Below, piece after piece: positions 36,435-46,232 of a stretch of DNA of 64,000 bases (the first letter of the stretch is position 1; every line of letters begins with the position of its first letter). The notes beneath the pieces were generated by a model. The model ran no database searches, was not told the origin of the DNA, and saw only the letters and a program-made list of their open reading frames with translations. The position numbers and the translations under genes are program-made. The DNA is from an uncultured Ruminococcus sp. (lineage in GTDB: Bacteria > Bacillota > Clostridia > Oscillospirales > Acutalibacteraceae): contig CACWVH010000002.1 in assembly GCA_902764235.1 (NCBI GenBank), forward strand, positions 8,766-72,765. Direction: 5' to 3'.

Positions 36435-36912
36435 CTTTTTCCTCCGTATGGTTTTCTTTTTTCTTTTCCGGAGTGAGAAGAATACATAAAATAAACAGGA
36501 CAGCACCGATAGTTATACAATAGTCTGCAAAATTACATATTGGCGGAAAAAAAGAAAGCGAAAGATAATCAATTACAAATCCTCTGAACAATCTGTCTAT
36601 AAGATTGCCAAGTCCCCCGCCTATTATTAATATCACAGAAACTGTAAACAGTTTTCCTGAGAATTTCTTAGTTATAAGCAAAAACAAAAATACACCTATA
36701 AGCAGGATCGTTATAACAGAAAAAAACAATGTTGCATTCTGAAAAATACCAAACGCTGCACCTCTGTTTTCAGAATATACAAGTGAAAACAAATTGTCTA
36801 TTACAGATACGCTTCCGACAGGACGGAGATCCTCATATATAAAATATTTTATAAGCTGATCAGCTGAAGCTAAAATTATTGAAAATACAGCTACTATCAC
36901 AATTGTCATCAT
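36421..36912 (-). CDS. lspA: Lipoprotein signal peptidase II
   Basis: 163 aa with four TM helices. The motifs YSENRGAAFGI and GGGLGNLIDRL..G.VIDY are present. Confidence 0.92.
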   Translation of the reverse strand: MMTIVIVAVFSIILASADQLIKYFIYEDLRPVGSVSVIDNLFSLVYSENRGAAFGIFQNATLFFSVITILLIGVFLFLLITKKFSGKLFTVSVILIIGGGLGNLIDRLFRGFVIDYLSLSFFPPICNFADYCITIGAVLFILCILLTPEKKKENHTEEKDGEE

Positions 36913-36931
36913 TATTTCCCTTTCTGTAAAA

Positions 36932-36961
36932 AAGGCAGTGCATCATAAGACGCACTGCCTT
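36932..36961 (-). terminator. Terminator of ileS
   Basis: aaggcagtgc / gcactgcctt stem. The minus strand continues TTTTTTAC. Confidence 0.75.
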
Positions 36962-37008
36962 TATAATAAGCATCATTGCACCTTTCATATGCATTTGTGC
37001 ATAATGAA

Positions 37009-39798
37009 TTATGTATCGAGCAGATCTCCCATTGAGGAAATGACAGACGCACAACGCTCGCAAAGGGTCGGATGCTCTGTATCAGCTCCGACTGTTCTGC
37101 TGAATATCCAGCAGCGCTCGCATTTTTCACCATCTGCATGAGCAACCTCAACTACAAGCTCATCTGAACCGTCAGCAATTTCAACATCAGAAACTATAAA
37201 TGCAGCAGCAAGCTCTGCCTCGGCTGATTTAAGAAAATCATACTGCTCCCCGGAGCACTTCAATGTAACCTTTGCTTCAAGTGAAGAACGTATGATTTTA
37301 TTCTTTATTTCAATTTCGATTGCTTTTTTGACAGTATCTCTTGTTTCGTGAATTCTGTCCCACATTGAAACAAAGCTTTCATCAAGAGTAACACCTGTTT
37401 TTTCCGGCATTTCATTGAAAAGAACGTTCTCAGCATTTGCTGAACAATCATGAGGCATATACTGCCATATCTCATCAGAGGTATAAACAAGAATCGGAGA
37501 TACAAGTCTTGTCATAGCATCAAGTATTCTGTATATTGTGGTCTGTGCTGCACGACGAAGCACTCCGTCAGGCGTTTCTGTATAGAGTCTGTCCTTGAGA
37601 ACATCAAAGTAGAAGTTACTCATATCGACAACACAGAAATTATGCAGTGCCTGATAAACAATATGGAAATCAAAGCTGTCATATGCTTTTCTTACCTTAT
37701 CGTTAAGCTCGTCAAGCTTCATAAGCGCCCATTTGTCAATTGAAAGAAGCTTATCATCAGAAACCATATCCTTATCCGGATCAAAATCCTTGAGATTTCC
37801 GAGGATATATCTTGCTGTATTTCTGATTTTTCTGTATGCTTCACTGAGCTGAGCGAGAATCTCCTTTGAGATTCTTACATCTGCATGATAATCAGTAGAT
37901 GATACCCATAGTCTGAGAATATCTGCACCGTATTTATCAATTATCTCTGCCGGTGACATACCGTTTCCGGCAGATTTTGACATCTTCTTTTTCTCCATGT
38001 CAACGACCCAGCCATGAGTTACAACTGACTTATAAGGAGCCTGTCCTCTTGCAGCAACTGAAGTAAGGAGTGATGACTGGAACCAGCCTCTGTACTGATC
38101 TGCACCCTCAAGATAAAGATCAGCAGGCCATTTGAGGTAAGGACGGGATTCACAAACAGCGATATGCGAAACGCCTGAATCGAACCAAACGTCCATAATA
38201 TCCTTTTCTTTATTGAATTCTTTACATCCGCATTCTGAGCAGGCAAGACCATCAGGAATAAGCTCTGCCGCATCTTTCTCATACCAGATATCCGAGCCGT
38301 GTTCACCGAAAAGCTTTGCGATATGGAGCATTACTGATTTATCCATTACCGGTTCTCCACAATCCTTGCAGAAAAAGATCGGGATTGGAACACCCCATTT
38401 TCTCTGACGTGAGATACACCAGTCCTTACGCTCACGAACCATTGATGTGATTCTGTCCTCGCCCCATGCAGGGATCCAGTTGATCTTTTTAATCTCATCA
38501 ACAGCTGCGTCCTTGATATCATCAACAGAGCAGAACCACTGCTTTGTAGCTCTGAAAAGTACGGGATTTTTACATCTCCAGCAATGCGGATACTGGTGAA
38601 TTATCTTTTTCAGCGCAAAAAGTGCGTTTGTCTTTTCAAGATACTCTGCTATAGGCTTGTTAGCTTCGGATGTAAGGAGACCTGCAAACATACCTGCTTC
38701 CTCAGTAAGTCTGCCTTTTGCATCAACAGGTACAACCATAGGTATCTCAGGGTAGTTTCTGCATACATTATAGTCGTCAACACCGTGTCCGGGGGCAGTA
38801 TGTACACAGCCTGTACCGCTTTCAAGAGTGACATGATCGCCTACGATCACAAGTGAGGTTCTGTCAAGGAAAGGATGAGCTGTTTTCATATACTCAAGCT
38901 CACTGCCCTTGATTGTACCGATCACCTCATAGTTTTCCTTACCGGCAGCTTCCATTGCAGCGGCATAAAGCTCCTCTGCCATTACATAATACTCGCCTTC
39001 GCATTTTATAAGGCTGTAATTGAAACGAGGACCAACACAGATCGCAACATTTGCAGGAAGTGTCCATGTTGTTGTTGTCCAGATAACAAAATATGTATTT
39101 TTAAGCTCAGCTCCCATAGCACTGAGCTTACCCATATCATCAGTTACCTTGAATTTTACATAAATTGAATGACAGGGATCCTCTGCATACTCTATTTCAG
39201 CCTCAGCGAGGGCTGTTTCGCAGTCTGTACACCAATATACAGGTTTAAGTCCTCTGTAAATATATCCTTTGCTTGCCATTTCCGCAAAGATCTCTATCTG
39301 CTTTTCCTCAAAATCATGTGTAAGGGTAATATAGGGATTATCCCATTCTGCAATACCGCCAAGACGCTTGAACTGTTCACGCTGACCATTGATATAAGTT
39401 GTAGCAAATTCACGGCATATCTTTCTCAGCTCAACATCAGAAATAGCATCACTGCTGCTTACACCGGCTTTAGCTCTTGCCTTGAGTTCTGTAGGAAGAC
39501 CGTGTGTATCCCAACCCGGAACATACGGTGATTTAAAGCCTGTCATATTCTTATATCTGACAATAATATCCTTCAAGGTCTTATTAAGTGCATGACCAAG
39601 GTGAATATCGCCGTTTGCATACGGAGGACCATCGTGAAGAACATAAAGTGGCTTTCCCTCATTGATCTCCATAAGCTTTTCATAAGTATTATTGTTCTGC
39701 CAGCGCTTCAGAGTTTCTGGCTCGGATTTTGGAAGTCCGGCTCTCATCGGAAAATCTGTTTTTGGCAGATTCAGTGTCTTGTTATAATCCTGCGGCAT
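37009..39798 (-). CDS. ileS: Isoleucine--tRNA ligase (type 1, C-terminal zinc-binding)
   Basis: HIGH-type PPYANGDIHLGH and KMSKS are present, along with a CP1 editing region and C-terminal CERCW..LCERC. The protein is 929 aa. Confidence 0.96.
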   Translation of the reverse strand: MPQDYNKTLNLPKTDFPMRAGLPKSEPETLKRWQNNNTYEKLMEINEGKPLYVLHDGPPYANGDIHLGHALNKTLKDIIVRYKNMTGFKSPYVPGWDTHGLPTELKARAKAGVSSSDAISDVELRKICREFATTYINGQREQFKRLGGIAEWDNPYITLTHDFEEKQIEIFAEMASKGYIYRGLKPVYWCTDCETALAEAEIEYAEDPCHSIYVKFKVTDDMGKLSAMGAELKNTYFVIWTTTTWTLPANVAICVGPRFNYSLIKCEGEYYVMAEELYAAAMEAAGKENYEVIGTIKGSELEYMKTAHPFLDRTSLVIVGDHVTLESGTGCVHTAPGHGVDDYNVCRNYPEIPMVVPVDAKGRLTEEAGMFAGLLTSEANKPIAEYLEKTNALFALKKIIHQYPHCWRCKNPVLFRATKQWFCSVDDIKDAAVDEIKKINWIPAWGEDRITSMVRERKDWCISRQRKWGVPIPIFFCKDCGEPVMDKSVMLHIAKLFGEHGSDIWYEKDAAELIPDGLACSECGCKEFNKEKDIMDVWFDSGVSHIAVCESRPYLKWPADLYLEGADQYRGWFQSSLLTSVAARGQAPYKSVVTHGWVVDMEKKKMSKSAGNGMSPAEIIDKYGADILRLWVSSTDYHADVRISKEILAQLSEAYRKIRNTARYILGNLKDFDPDKDMVSDDKLLSIDKWALMKLDELNDKVRKAYDSFDFHIVYQALHNFCVVDMSNFYFDVLKDRLYTETPDGVLRRAAQTTIYRILDAMTRLVSPILVYTSDEIWQYMPHDCSANAENVLFNEMPEKTGVTLDESFVSMWDRIHETRDTVKKAIEIEIKNKIIRSSLEAKVTLKCSGEQYDFLKSAEAELAAAFIVSDVEIADGSDELVVEVAHADGEKCERCWIFSRTVGADTEHPTLCERCASVISSMGDLLDT

Positions 39799-39839
39799 TT
39801 ATTTTTCTCTCCTCTGTGAAATAATGTAACAATCCAAAA

Positions 39840-39859
39840 TCCGACACGGATGTGTCGGA
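39840..39859 (-). terminator. Terminator after divIVA, 41 nt upstream of the ileS ATG
   Basis: tccgacac-ggat-gtgtcgga. The minus strand continues TTTTGGATTG. Confidence 0.65.
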
Positions 39860-39917
39860 TAATGTTAAATACCTTATGGTATTTATTATTAATATGATTT
39901 TTCAGCCAAAAAATGAA

Positions 39918-40625
39918 TTATTCATTATCGGCTGAATCATCATTATCTTTTTTCTCTTTAACACCTGTATTGGTTTCAACAGGCTTATTACCTTCCGACT
40001 TAGGATAGTTCTTATCAAGCTCTGCCTGCTTCTTTTTGAAATCCTCACCCTTTGACATTGAATTAATGATACTCAGATGATTCTTATATTCTTTAAGAAG
40101 ATGATTTCTGAATTTATTAGCTTCACCCATCAGCTTGATAATACTCTTCTTCTGTTCATCAAGTATACGGTTGTTTTCTTCGATCTTATCTGAAGACTCT
40201 CTCAAAGCCTTATTCATAAGCTCTTCGACCTTTGCGTCTGTATCTGCATTGATCTGATCAGCCTTTTCCTTGGCTTCGGAAAGGATCCTGTCAGCCTCTT
40301 CCTTGGCTTCTTTAATTGTCTTTTCAGCTTCAGATTCTGCTTCGGTAAGCTTATCTTCAGCTTTTCTTTCTGCTTCAGATTTGATCTGCTTTGCTGAAAC
40401 CTGAGCTGAAATCAAAGCATTCTGAACGCTGTCTTCTTTTTCCTTATACTTTTTTATCTCAGCTTCCTGGTTTTCTATTTTCAGCTCAAACTCTCTCTGA
40501 GCAAGCTCCAGACTTTTTACCTTATCGACAACATCATCAACAAAGCTGTCTACCTCATCGATCTTATATCCGCCGAGTCCAGATTTTCTGAAAGTAATAT
40601 TTTCTATCTCTTCTAATGTTATCAT
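39918..40625 (-). CDS. divIVA: DivIVA-domain cell-division protein
   Basis: MITLEEIENITFRKSGLGGYKIDEVDSFVDDV is a canonical DivIVA N-terminus, followed by a long coiled coil. Confidence 0.9.
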   Translation of the reverse strand: MITLEEIENITFRKSGLGGYKIDEVDSFVDDVVDKVKSLELAQREFELKIENQEAEIKKYKEKEDSVQNALISAQVSAKQIKSEAERKAEDKLTEAESEAEKTIKEAKEEADRILSEAKEKADQINADTDAKVEELMNKALRESSDKIEENNRILDEQKKSIIKLMGEANKFRNHLLKEYKNHLSIINSMSKGEDFKKKQAELDKNYPKSEGNKPVETNTGVKEKKDNDDSADNE

Positions 40626-40689
40626 ACTAATTTCCTTTCTAAAGAATCTGATACATTACTGTATAAATTAATCAGGGAAATTGTACTAA

Positions 40690-41175
40690 TTAAAAATATA
40701 CATTGTCGCTTCCGACTTCATCCATAGCATCCTGTCCGGAAAGTGTAACATTGCTGGGCATGATAATAAATGTATCCTCTGCAACCTTCTTTACATTTCC
40801 GCTGTTTGCATATGCAACACCGCCAAGAAAATCTATAATCCTTCTTGAAACATCTTTATTTGTATCTTCAACATTAAGGATTACAGTATTTCTTTTCATA
40901 AGCTCATTTGCCATTTCTTTTACAGACGGGTCAAAAGACTCCGGCTTGAAAAGAACAAACTGCACACTTGTTGAATCATGTATGCTGATTACATTATTGC
41001 TTCCTGAAGCAGGAGAGCTCTGTTCCTCTGCCTGATCTTCCGGCTCATCATAATCCATTTCTTCATCCTGCCCTTCTGCATCCATTGCCTCGGTATCATC
41101 ATAATAATCATCGTATGCTACTTCTTCCTCAGGTGTCTTTAATATGCTCTTGAATTTTCCCATGATATTTGCCAT
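40690..41175 (-). CDS. sepF: Cell division protein SepF
   Basis: An acidic N-terminal region is followed by the SepF core (VVLFKPESFD-like QFVLFKPESFD.. NTVILNVEDT..RRIIDFLGGVAYA). Confidence 0.88.
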   Translation of the reverse strand: MANIMGKFKSILKTPEEEVAYDDYYDDTEAMDAEGQDEEMDYDEPEDQAEEQSSPASGSNNVISIHDSTSVQFVLFKPESFDPSVKEMANELMKRNTVILNVEDTNKDVSRRIIDFLGGVAYANSGNVKKVAEDTFIIMPSNVTLSGQDAMDEVGSDNVYF

Positions 41176-41192
41176 TTTATTTTCCTCCTGTT

Positions 41193-41927
41193 TTATCTGT
41201 ATATTCTGGCACCAAAGAGTCCAGAACCGACTCTTATCATATTTGCGCCTGACAGAATTGCTTCCATGTAATCATCGGACATACCCATTGAAAGATAGTC
41301 CATATATATATTATCCGATTTTTTTGATGAAATGTCAATAAACAGTTTGTACATTTTATCAAAAAATTTGAAAATTTCTTGTTTAGAGTCACAAATCGGC
41401 GGTACAGACATCAAACCTCTGATCCTGAGACCTTCCAATACAGAAATTTTCTCCAGAATTTCCTCTAAATTCTCTTCCAGAACGCCGGATTTGTTTTCTT
41501 CTCTGCCAACATTTACCTCCAGAAGAATATCTGTAGCAACATTATTTTTTAAAGATTGCTTTGATATCTCCTGAGCAAGCTTCAGACTGTCAACAGATTG
41601 TATCATTGATACCTTTCCGACGATCTGTCTTACCTTATTAGTCTGAAGATGACCGATAAAATGAAGCTGTGAATTATCGAGATCATATTCATCATATTTA
41701 GTGAGCATCTCCTGAACCTTATTCTCTCCGATATACTTCAGCCCGAGTGAGACAGCATAATTAATGAATTCCGGCTCAACTGTTTTTGTAGCAGCAAGAA
41801 AGGTAATATCATTTGCTGATCTTCCGCTTTCAGCAGCTGCCTTTTCTATATTTTCGCATATCTCATAATAATTTGCTTTTATATCATCAAATCTACGAGC
41901 TTGTTCTGTCGATGATTTTTCCATCAT
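41193..41927 (-). CDS. YggS-family pyridoxal-phosphate homeostasis protein
   Basis: LAATKTV (the PLP lysine), HFIGHLQTNKV and LSMGMSDDY motifs are present. I prefer the start at ATG 41927, 9 nt after an AGGAG SD. Confidence 0.9.
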   Translation of the reverse strand: MMEKSSTEQARRFDDIKANYYEICENIEKAAAESGRSANDITFLAATKTVEPEFINYAVSLGLKYIGENKVQEMLTKYDEYDLDNSQLHFIGHLQTNKVRQIVGKVSMIQSVDSLKLAQEISKQSLKNNVATDILLEVNVGREENKSGVLEENLEEILEKISVLEGLRIRGLMSVPPICDSKQEIFKFFDKMYKLFIDISSKKSDNIYMDYLSMGMSDDYMEAILSGANMIRVGSGLFGARIYR

Positions 41928-43209
41928 ATAGATTTGCTCCTTCCACCACGACTTCATCATAAGCTTTCAAAACGCCTATTTCGTCTGTAACAAGATCCTC
42001 ATCTTTGGGATTCTGCATACATATTATGAAGCCCTCACCTGTATAAACGGGTACTATCTGCTTGAAAAGCAGTTCGTTTCCCACAAGGATATAAACACCC
42101 TTGACTGTTTTTTTCACGGTTTTTTCTTTACCGTTTTTATCAGTAACTGTTTCAGTAATCTGCTGATCGTGTACAGCATTTCTTGAAACGTAAATACCAT
42201 TGTAGGTATTCTTGATTATTGAAATATCCTCTCTTCTGAGATTAATCATTTCCTGATTCATATAGCTGCCTTTGAGTACCACAACAGCATCTGAATTCTT
42301 ATTCTCCTGATTTATGCATTGCAGCTCAACGGAGATATTATGATTGTTTGCAAGAGGAATATCCACACTCAGTGAATCTGACTCCTTGATCTGTATTGCT
42401 TCATTTGCTGAAACCTCACAAGCTACATACCAATAAACACCCTCAACGGTCTTTCCGACTACATTCTTCCCGACCGGACGTTTGGTTATTTTTTTCTCAT
42501 TAAGATCACCGATCTTGATATTATCAAGTGCTTTGGAATTATAAAAGCTCTCATATCCGTCAACCGTGCTTGAAAAATAGCCTGTTTTTGTTGATTTGAT
42601 CGCTTTTGATAAATTATCGGCATATTTCTTTTTAAGCTCGGACATTTTTTTCTTCAGCTCTGCTATCTTTGCAGAATAGCTCTGGGCTTTGCCTGTTACA
42701 AGCTGCCTTTGATTGATACTGTATAAGGCTGCTGTAATGCTTTTATCTGCATCAGAGAAATTTTTTTCAGATGCGCTTAATTTTGCCTTTGAAAGACTGC
42801 TGCTGATATTTTTATCAAGGTCATCAGGAGCCGGCATAATATTATTCACTGCATTATCAAGCTGTTCAAGATCACTGATCTGCTGCTCAAGCTTATCGAT
42901 CGTTTTCTTGTCATTGGCCGCCTGAACATCGGTATAAACATTCGCTACAGATTCATCCTTAGAGATTTTATCTCCGTCATTAAGAAGATATGATATTACT
43001 CCATCCCCATCATAGGTTATTATCTGTTCATCGCGTATAAAATAGCCTGTCGTCGGAATAGAATCAGATACTGTCATAATATTGGCAGTTTCTGTTTTAA
43101 CCTGGGTAAAATTAGCTTTTAATCCGACAGAAATGATATAGGCGACAATAAGAATAGTTATGACGGCAACAATAATCCTTTTTATTACTGTTGTACTGTC
43201 TTTTTCCAT
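41893..43209 (-). CDS. HlyD-family/membrane-fusion-like protein with N-terminal TM and long coiled coil
   Basis: 438 aa. A TM anchor is followed by a lipoyl-like segment (GDKISKDESVANVY), a coiled coil and a beta-barrel-like C-terminus. It sits at the head of the yggS-sepF-divIVA block. Confidence 0.65.
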   Translation of the reverse strand: MEKDSTTVIKRIIVAVITILIVAYIISVGLKANFTQVKTETANIMTVSDSIPTTGYFIRDEQIITYDGDGVISYLLNDGDKISKDESVANVYTDVQAANDKKTIDKLEQQISDLEQLDNAVNNIMPAPDDLDKNISSSLSKAKLSASEKNFSDADKSITAALYSINQRQLVTGKAQSYSAKIAELKKKMSELKKKYADNLSKAIKSTKTGYFSSTVDGYESFYNSKALDNIKIGDLNEKKITKRPVGKNVVGKTVEGVYWYVACEVSANEAIQIKESDSLSVDIPLANNHNISVELQCINQENKNSDAVVVLKGSYMNQEMINLRREDISIIKNTYNGIYVSRNAVHDQQITETVTDKNGKEKTVKKTVKGVYILVGNELLFKQIVPVYTGEGFIICMQNPKDEDLVTDEIGVLKAYDEVVVEGANLYDGKIIDRTSS

Positions 43210-43342
43210 TTTCTTCCCCCATTACCGATCATTCGGTAGTAATGATCTTACTCTTTATGCATATATAAACAATTATTATTATTTTAGCACTAAAGAGAAT
43301 ATTTGTAAACAGTTTAATAGAATTAATTTTTTTATTTATTTT

Positions 43343-44275
43343 TTATAACAAGTATTTGCTGATTATTTTTTCTGCTTCATCAAATACACTATCCACCTTA
43401 TCAGCTTCGATCCAATGGATATATTTATCTCTTCTGAACCATGTCAGCTGTCTTTTAGCGTATCTTCTTGTTTCTCTTTTTAGATTTTCTATTGCTTCAT
43501 CAAGGGAAAGTGTTCCGTCAAGATACGGTTTAAGCTCCTTGTAGCCTATCGCAGCTGAAGCAGTAATGCTGTTTTCTCTCTTATAGAAGCTCCTTGTTTC
43601 TTCAATAAGACCGCTTTCAAGCATAATGTCAACACGCTTGTTGATCCTCTCATACAGCTTTTCACGATCAGAATATGTAATACCGATAACAGTCTTATCA
43701 TAGGGTGATGGAACACTTCTTGATTTTTTGACTGACTCAGACATTGTGACTCCGGTGAGCAGATATATTTCAAACGCTCTTATTATTCTTTTAGAATTTG
43801 AAGGAAGCAATGCAGCAGCTGTTTCAGGATCGAAGGCTTTCAGTTCTTCAAGCAGCTTTTCACCGCCTTCATTTTTGTACCTTTCTGTCAGCCGCTTACG
43901 AAGCTGAGGATCATTATTTTCATCCGAAAACTGTATATTTTCAAGAAATGATCTGACATAAAGCCCGGTCCCTCCGCAAAGTATCGGAAGCTTTCCTCTG
44001 GCGATGATATTTTTCGCCGCTTTATCCGCAAGATTAACATACTCCGATACTGAAAAGGTATCATCAGGATCAAGGAAATCAATCAGGTAATGTGGTATCC
44101 CCTGAATTTCATCAGCATCGGGTTTTGCAGTTGCAATTGACATCCCTTTATAGATCTGCATCGAATCTGCTGAGATTATTTCTCCGTTATGTGCCTTAGC
44201 AAGCTCTATTGACAATGACGTTTTTCCTGATGCTGTCGGACCGACAACAGCAAGAAGCTTTTCTTTTTTATTCAT
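43343..44275 (-). CDS. miaA: tRNA dimethylallyltransferase
   Basis: VVGPTASGKTSLSIELA..EIISADSMQIYKGMSIATAKP, with RQLTWFRR near the C-terminus. Confidence 0.94.
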   Translation of the reverse strand: MNKKEKLLAVVGPTASGKTSLSIELAKAHNGEIISADSMQIYKGMSIATAKPDADEIQGIPHYLIDFLDPDDTFSVSEYVNLADKAAKNIIARGKLPILCGGTGLYVRSFLENIQFSDENNDPQLRKRLTERYKNEGGEKLLEELKAFDPETAAALLPSNSKRIIRAFEIYLLTGVTMSESVKKSRSVPSPYDKTVIGITYSDREKLYERINKRVDIMLESGLIEETRSFYKRENSITASAAIGYKELKPYLDGTLSLDEAIENLKRETRRYAKRQLTWFRRDKYIHWIEADKVDSVFDEAEKIISKYLL

Positions 44276-45029
44276 TTTCTTCTCCGATCATTATCTTCAG
44301 TGCTTCAACTGCTGTATTTATTGAAGCGTCAAGATCAAATTCATCGCGGTCATCGAATCCGGCTTTTTTTCTTTCCTGATTCCATAACGCATGAAGCACA
44401 CAGCCTGTCTTTATTCCTCTTACATGAGAAACAGTGAAGAGCGCTGCTGTTTCCATTTCAGAAGCAAGAACACCGAGCTTTTTCCATGCTTCCCATTTAT
44501 AGCTAAGCATATCCCCTACCGGCATAGACAACGGATCATGCTGACCGTAAAAGGAATCCTTACTCTGGATTATTCCGGTGTGATATCTGAAGCTTAGCTT
44601 TCCGGCAGCCTTGACAAGTGCCCGGGCAACATCAAAATCAGCTGCAGCAGGAAATTCTATTGGTGCATATTCCTTTGATGTTCCCTCCATTCTTACTGCC
44701 GCGGTTGGAATAATAATATCTCCCGGCTCAACATCAAGCTGCATCCCTCCGCAGGTGCCTGTTCTTATGGCTGTCCTGACGCCTGAGATGTACAGCTCTT
44801 CGAGCGCAATTGCAGCAGACGGCCCGCCTATACCTGTTGATGTAATTATTACTTTCTTTCCGCAAAGCATTCCTGCAACAGACCTGAATTCACGGTTTTC
44901 TCCGATCAATTCAGGTTTTTCCAGCTTTTCAGCTATTAAATCAACACGCGCAGGATCACCCGGCAAAATTGCATATTCTGCATTAAAGCAGACCGGAATA
45001 TTCAGATGAAAAAGCTTTTCTTCATTCAT
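44268..45029 (-). CDS. PNP/UDP-family nucleoside phosphorylase (uridine phosphorylase-like)
   Basis: ILPGDPARV.., TSTGIGGPSAAIALEEL, RTGTCGG and SEMETAALF motifs are present. Confidence 0.85.
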   Translation of the reverse strand: MNEEKLFHLNIPVCFNAEYAILPGDPARVDLIAEKLEKPELIGENREFRSVAGMLCGKKVIITSTGIGGPSAAIALEELYISGVRTAIRTGTCGGMQLDVEPGDIIIPTAAVRMEGTSKEYAPIEFPAAADFDVARALVKAAGKLSFRYHTGIIQSKDSFYGQHDPLSMPVGDMLSYKWEAWKKLGVLASEMETAALFTVSHVRGIKTGCVLHALWNQERKKAGFDDRDEFDLDASINTAVEALKIMIGEENE

Positions 45030-45050
45030 ATGCTAAGACTCCCTTCATAA

Positions 45051-45080
45051 AGAAAGCCTTCCCTGCCGGAAAGGCTTTCT
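45051..45080 (-). terminator. Terminator of corA
   Basis: agaaagcctt / aaggctttct is a 10-bp stem around ccctgccgga. Confidence 0.65.
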
Positions 45081-45091
45081 GAATATTAGAA

Positions 45092-46066
45092 TTAAAACAT
45101 ATCCTTGCGTTTTAATATAATATATGCAACTATCATAAGCACAGCGGAAAGTGCCAGCGGAAACCACCATGTCCTGTCAAAGGGCAGTCCCTCGGTAATA
45201 TTCATTCCGTATATACCGGAAATGACAGTAGGAACAGAAACAAGCAATGTAAGTGACGCCTGTATTTTCATTACTGTGTTCAGATTATTTGAAATGATCG
45301 ATGCAAATACATCCATGGTCCCGTTCAGGATATTGAGATATGTTGCAGTCATATCTACCGCCTGCTTGACCTCTATAAGTACGTCCTCAAGAAGATCCTG
45401 ATCTTCTTCGTAAAGCTTGATATATCTGCCTCTCATTATTCTTTCAAGTGTGATCTCGTCAGACTTCAACGATGATGAAAAATACACAAGAGACTTTTCT
45501 ACGTCAAGCAGCTGATTAAGCTCCTTGTTTTTAGCGCTTTTACGAAGACCGCGCTCAATACGATTGCTTATCTTATCGATCTGTTTCAGATACTGAAGAT
45601 ATTTTGTTGCCATCCTGAGCATTATATGAAGAACAAAATGTGTTTTATAATTTGTCCTTACATTTCTGACTACACCTTCGGAAAACTCGGTAAGTATCGT
45701 GCTCTCTTTCAGAGAAACAGTGATAACATTTTTATCTGTTATCATTATACCGATCGGCATCGTAGAATAAGTAATGCTTCCGGATACTTTTTCTACAACA
45801 GGAACATCAATGATGATAAGCGTTGTATCATCCTCACTGTCGATATGTGCGGATTCCTCTTCATCAAGTGCGCTTCTGAGCAGCTCGGGAGGTATATCAA
45901 AAAAATCAAGAAGATAATCTACCTCTTCCTCATCCGGTGCAATACAATTTACCCAGCAGCCTTCCTCATACTTTTCTGTCTCTTCTATTCTGCCGTTAAC
46001 AGTCTTATAATAACTGACCAATGCGATCATTCCTTTCATGCACAAAAGGACATCAGACCGCAGCAT
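45092..46066 (-). CDS. corA: CorA-family magnesium/cobalt transporter
   Basis: The C-terminal signature GIYGMN precedes the last TM helix, on a cytoplasmic alpha/beta domain. The start is ambiguous (ATG 46066, 46039 or 46030), and none has a clear SD. Confidence 0.9.
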   Translation of the reverse strand: MLRSDVLLCMKGMIALVSYYKTVNGRIEETEKYEEGCWVNCIAPDEEEVDYLLDFFDIPPELLRSALDEEESAHIDSEDDTTLIIIDVPVVEKVSGSITYSTMPIGIMITDKNVITVSLKESTILTEFSEGVVRNVRTNYKTHFVLHIMLRMATKYLQYLKQIDKISNRIERGLRKSAKNKELNQLLDVEKSLVYFSSSLKSDEITLERIMRGRYIKLYEEDQDLLEDVLIEVKQAVDMTATYLNILNGTMDVFASIISNNLNTVMKIQASLTLLVSVPTVISGIYGMNITEGLPFDRTWWFPLALSAVLMIVAYIILKRKDMF

Positions 46067-46082
46067 AAAAAAGCATAATTAA

Positions 46083-46166
46083 TCAGAAAGCAGTCAATGC
46101 GGCGGTAATGTCATTTTGTTTGATTGTATATGAAAAATGTTGATTACCATAAGGGTCAGGACTCAT
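46083..46166 (-). CDS. Candidate 27-codon leader ORF upstream of corA (MSPDPYGNQHFSYTIKQNDITAALTAF)
   Basis: Too short for the ORF track, so I read it by hand. A consensus AGGAGG SD (46181-46176) lies 9 nt before the ATG at 46166. The ORF sits about 30 nt downstream of a TTGATT-17-TATAAT promoter, and its stop is 16 nt (46067-46082) before the corA ATG at 46066. Confidence 0.45.
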   Translation of the reverse strand: MSPDPYGNQHFSYTIKQNDITAALTAF

Positions 46167-46203
46167 ACATTACCACCTCCTGGGTTCAATAAATCATAAT
46201 TAC

Positions 46204-46232
46204 ATTATAAACAATTTTTATTTGATAATCAA
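46204..46232 (-). promoter_or_regulatory. Near-consensus promoter for the corA leader
   Basis: Minus strand reads TTGATT (46232-46227), a 17-nt spacer, then TATAAT (46209-46204). Confidence 0.6.

Noticed and set aside
39799-39917. T-box leader for ileS
   Set aside because: The spacer is too short and lacks T-box, specifier-loop or antiterminator sequence elements. This is reported as an absence in the findings.
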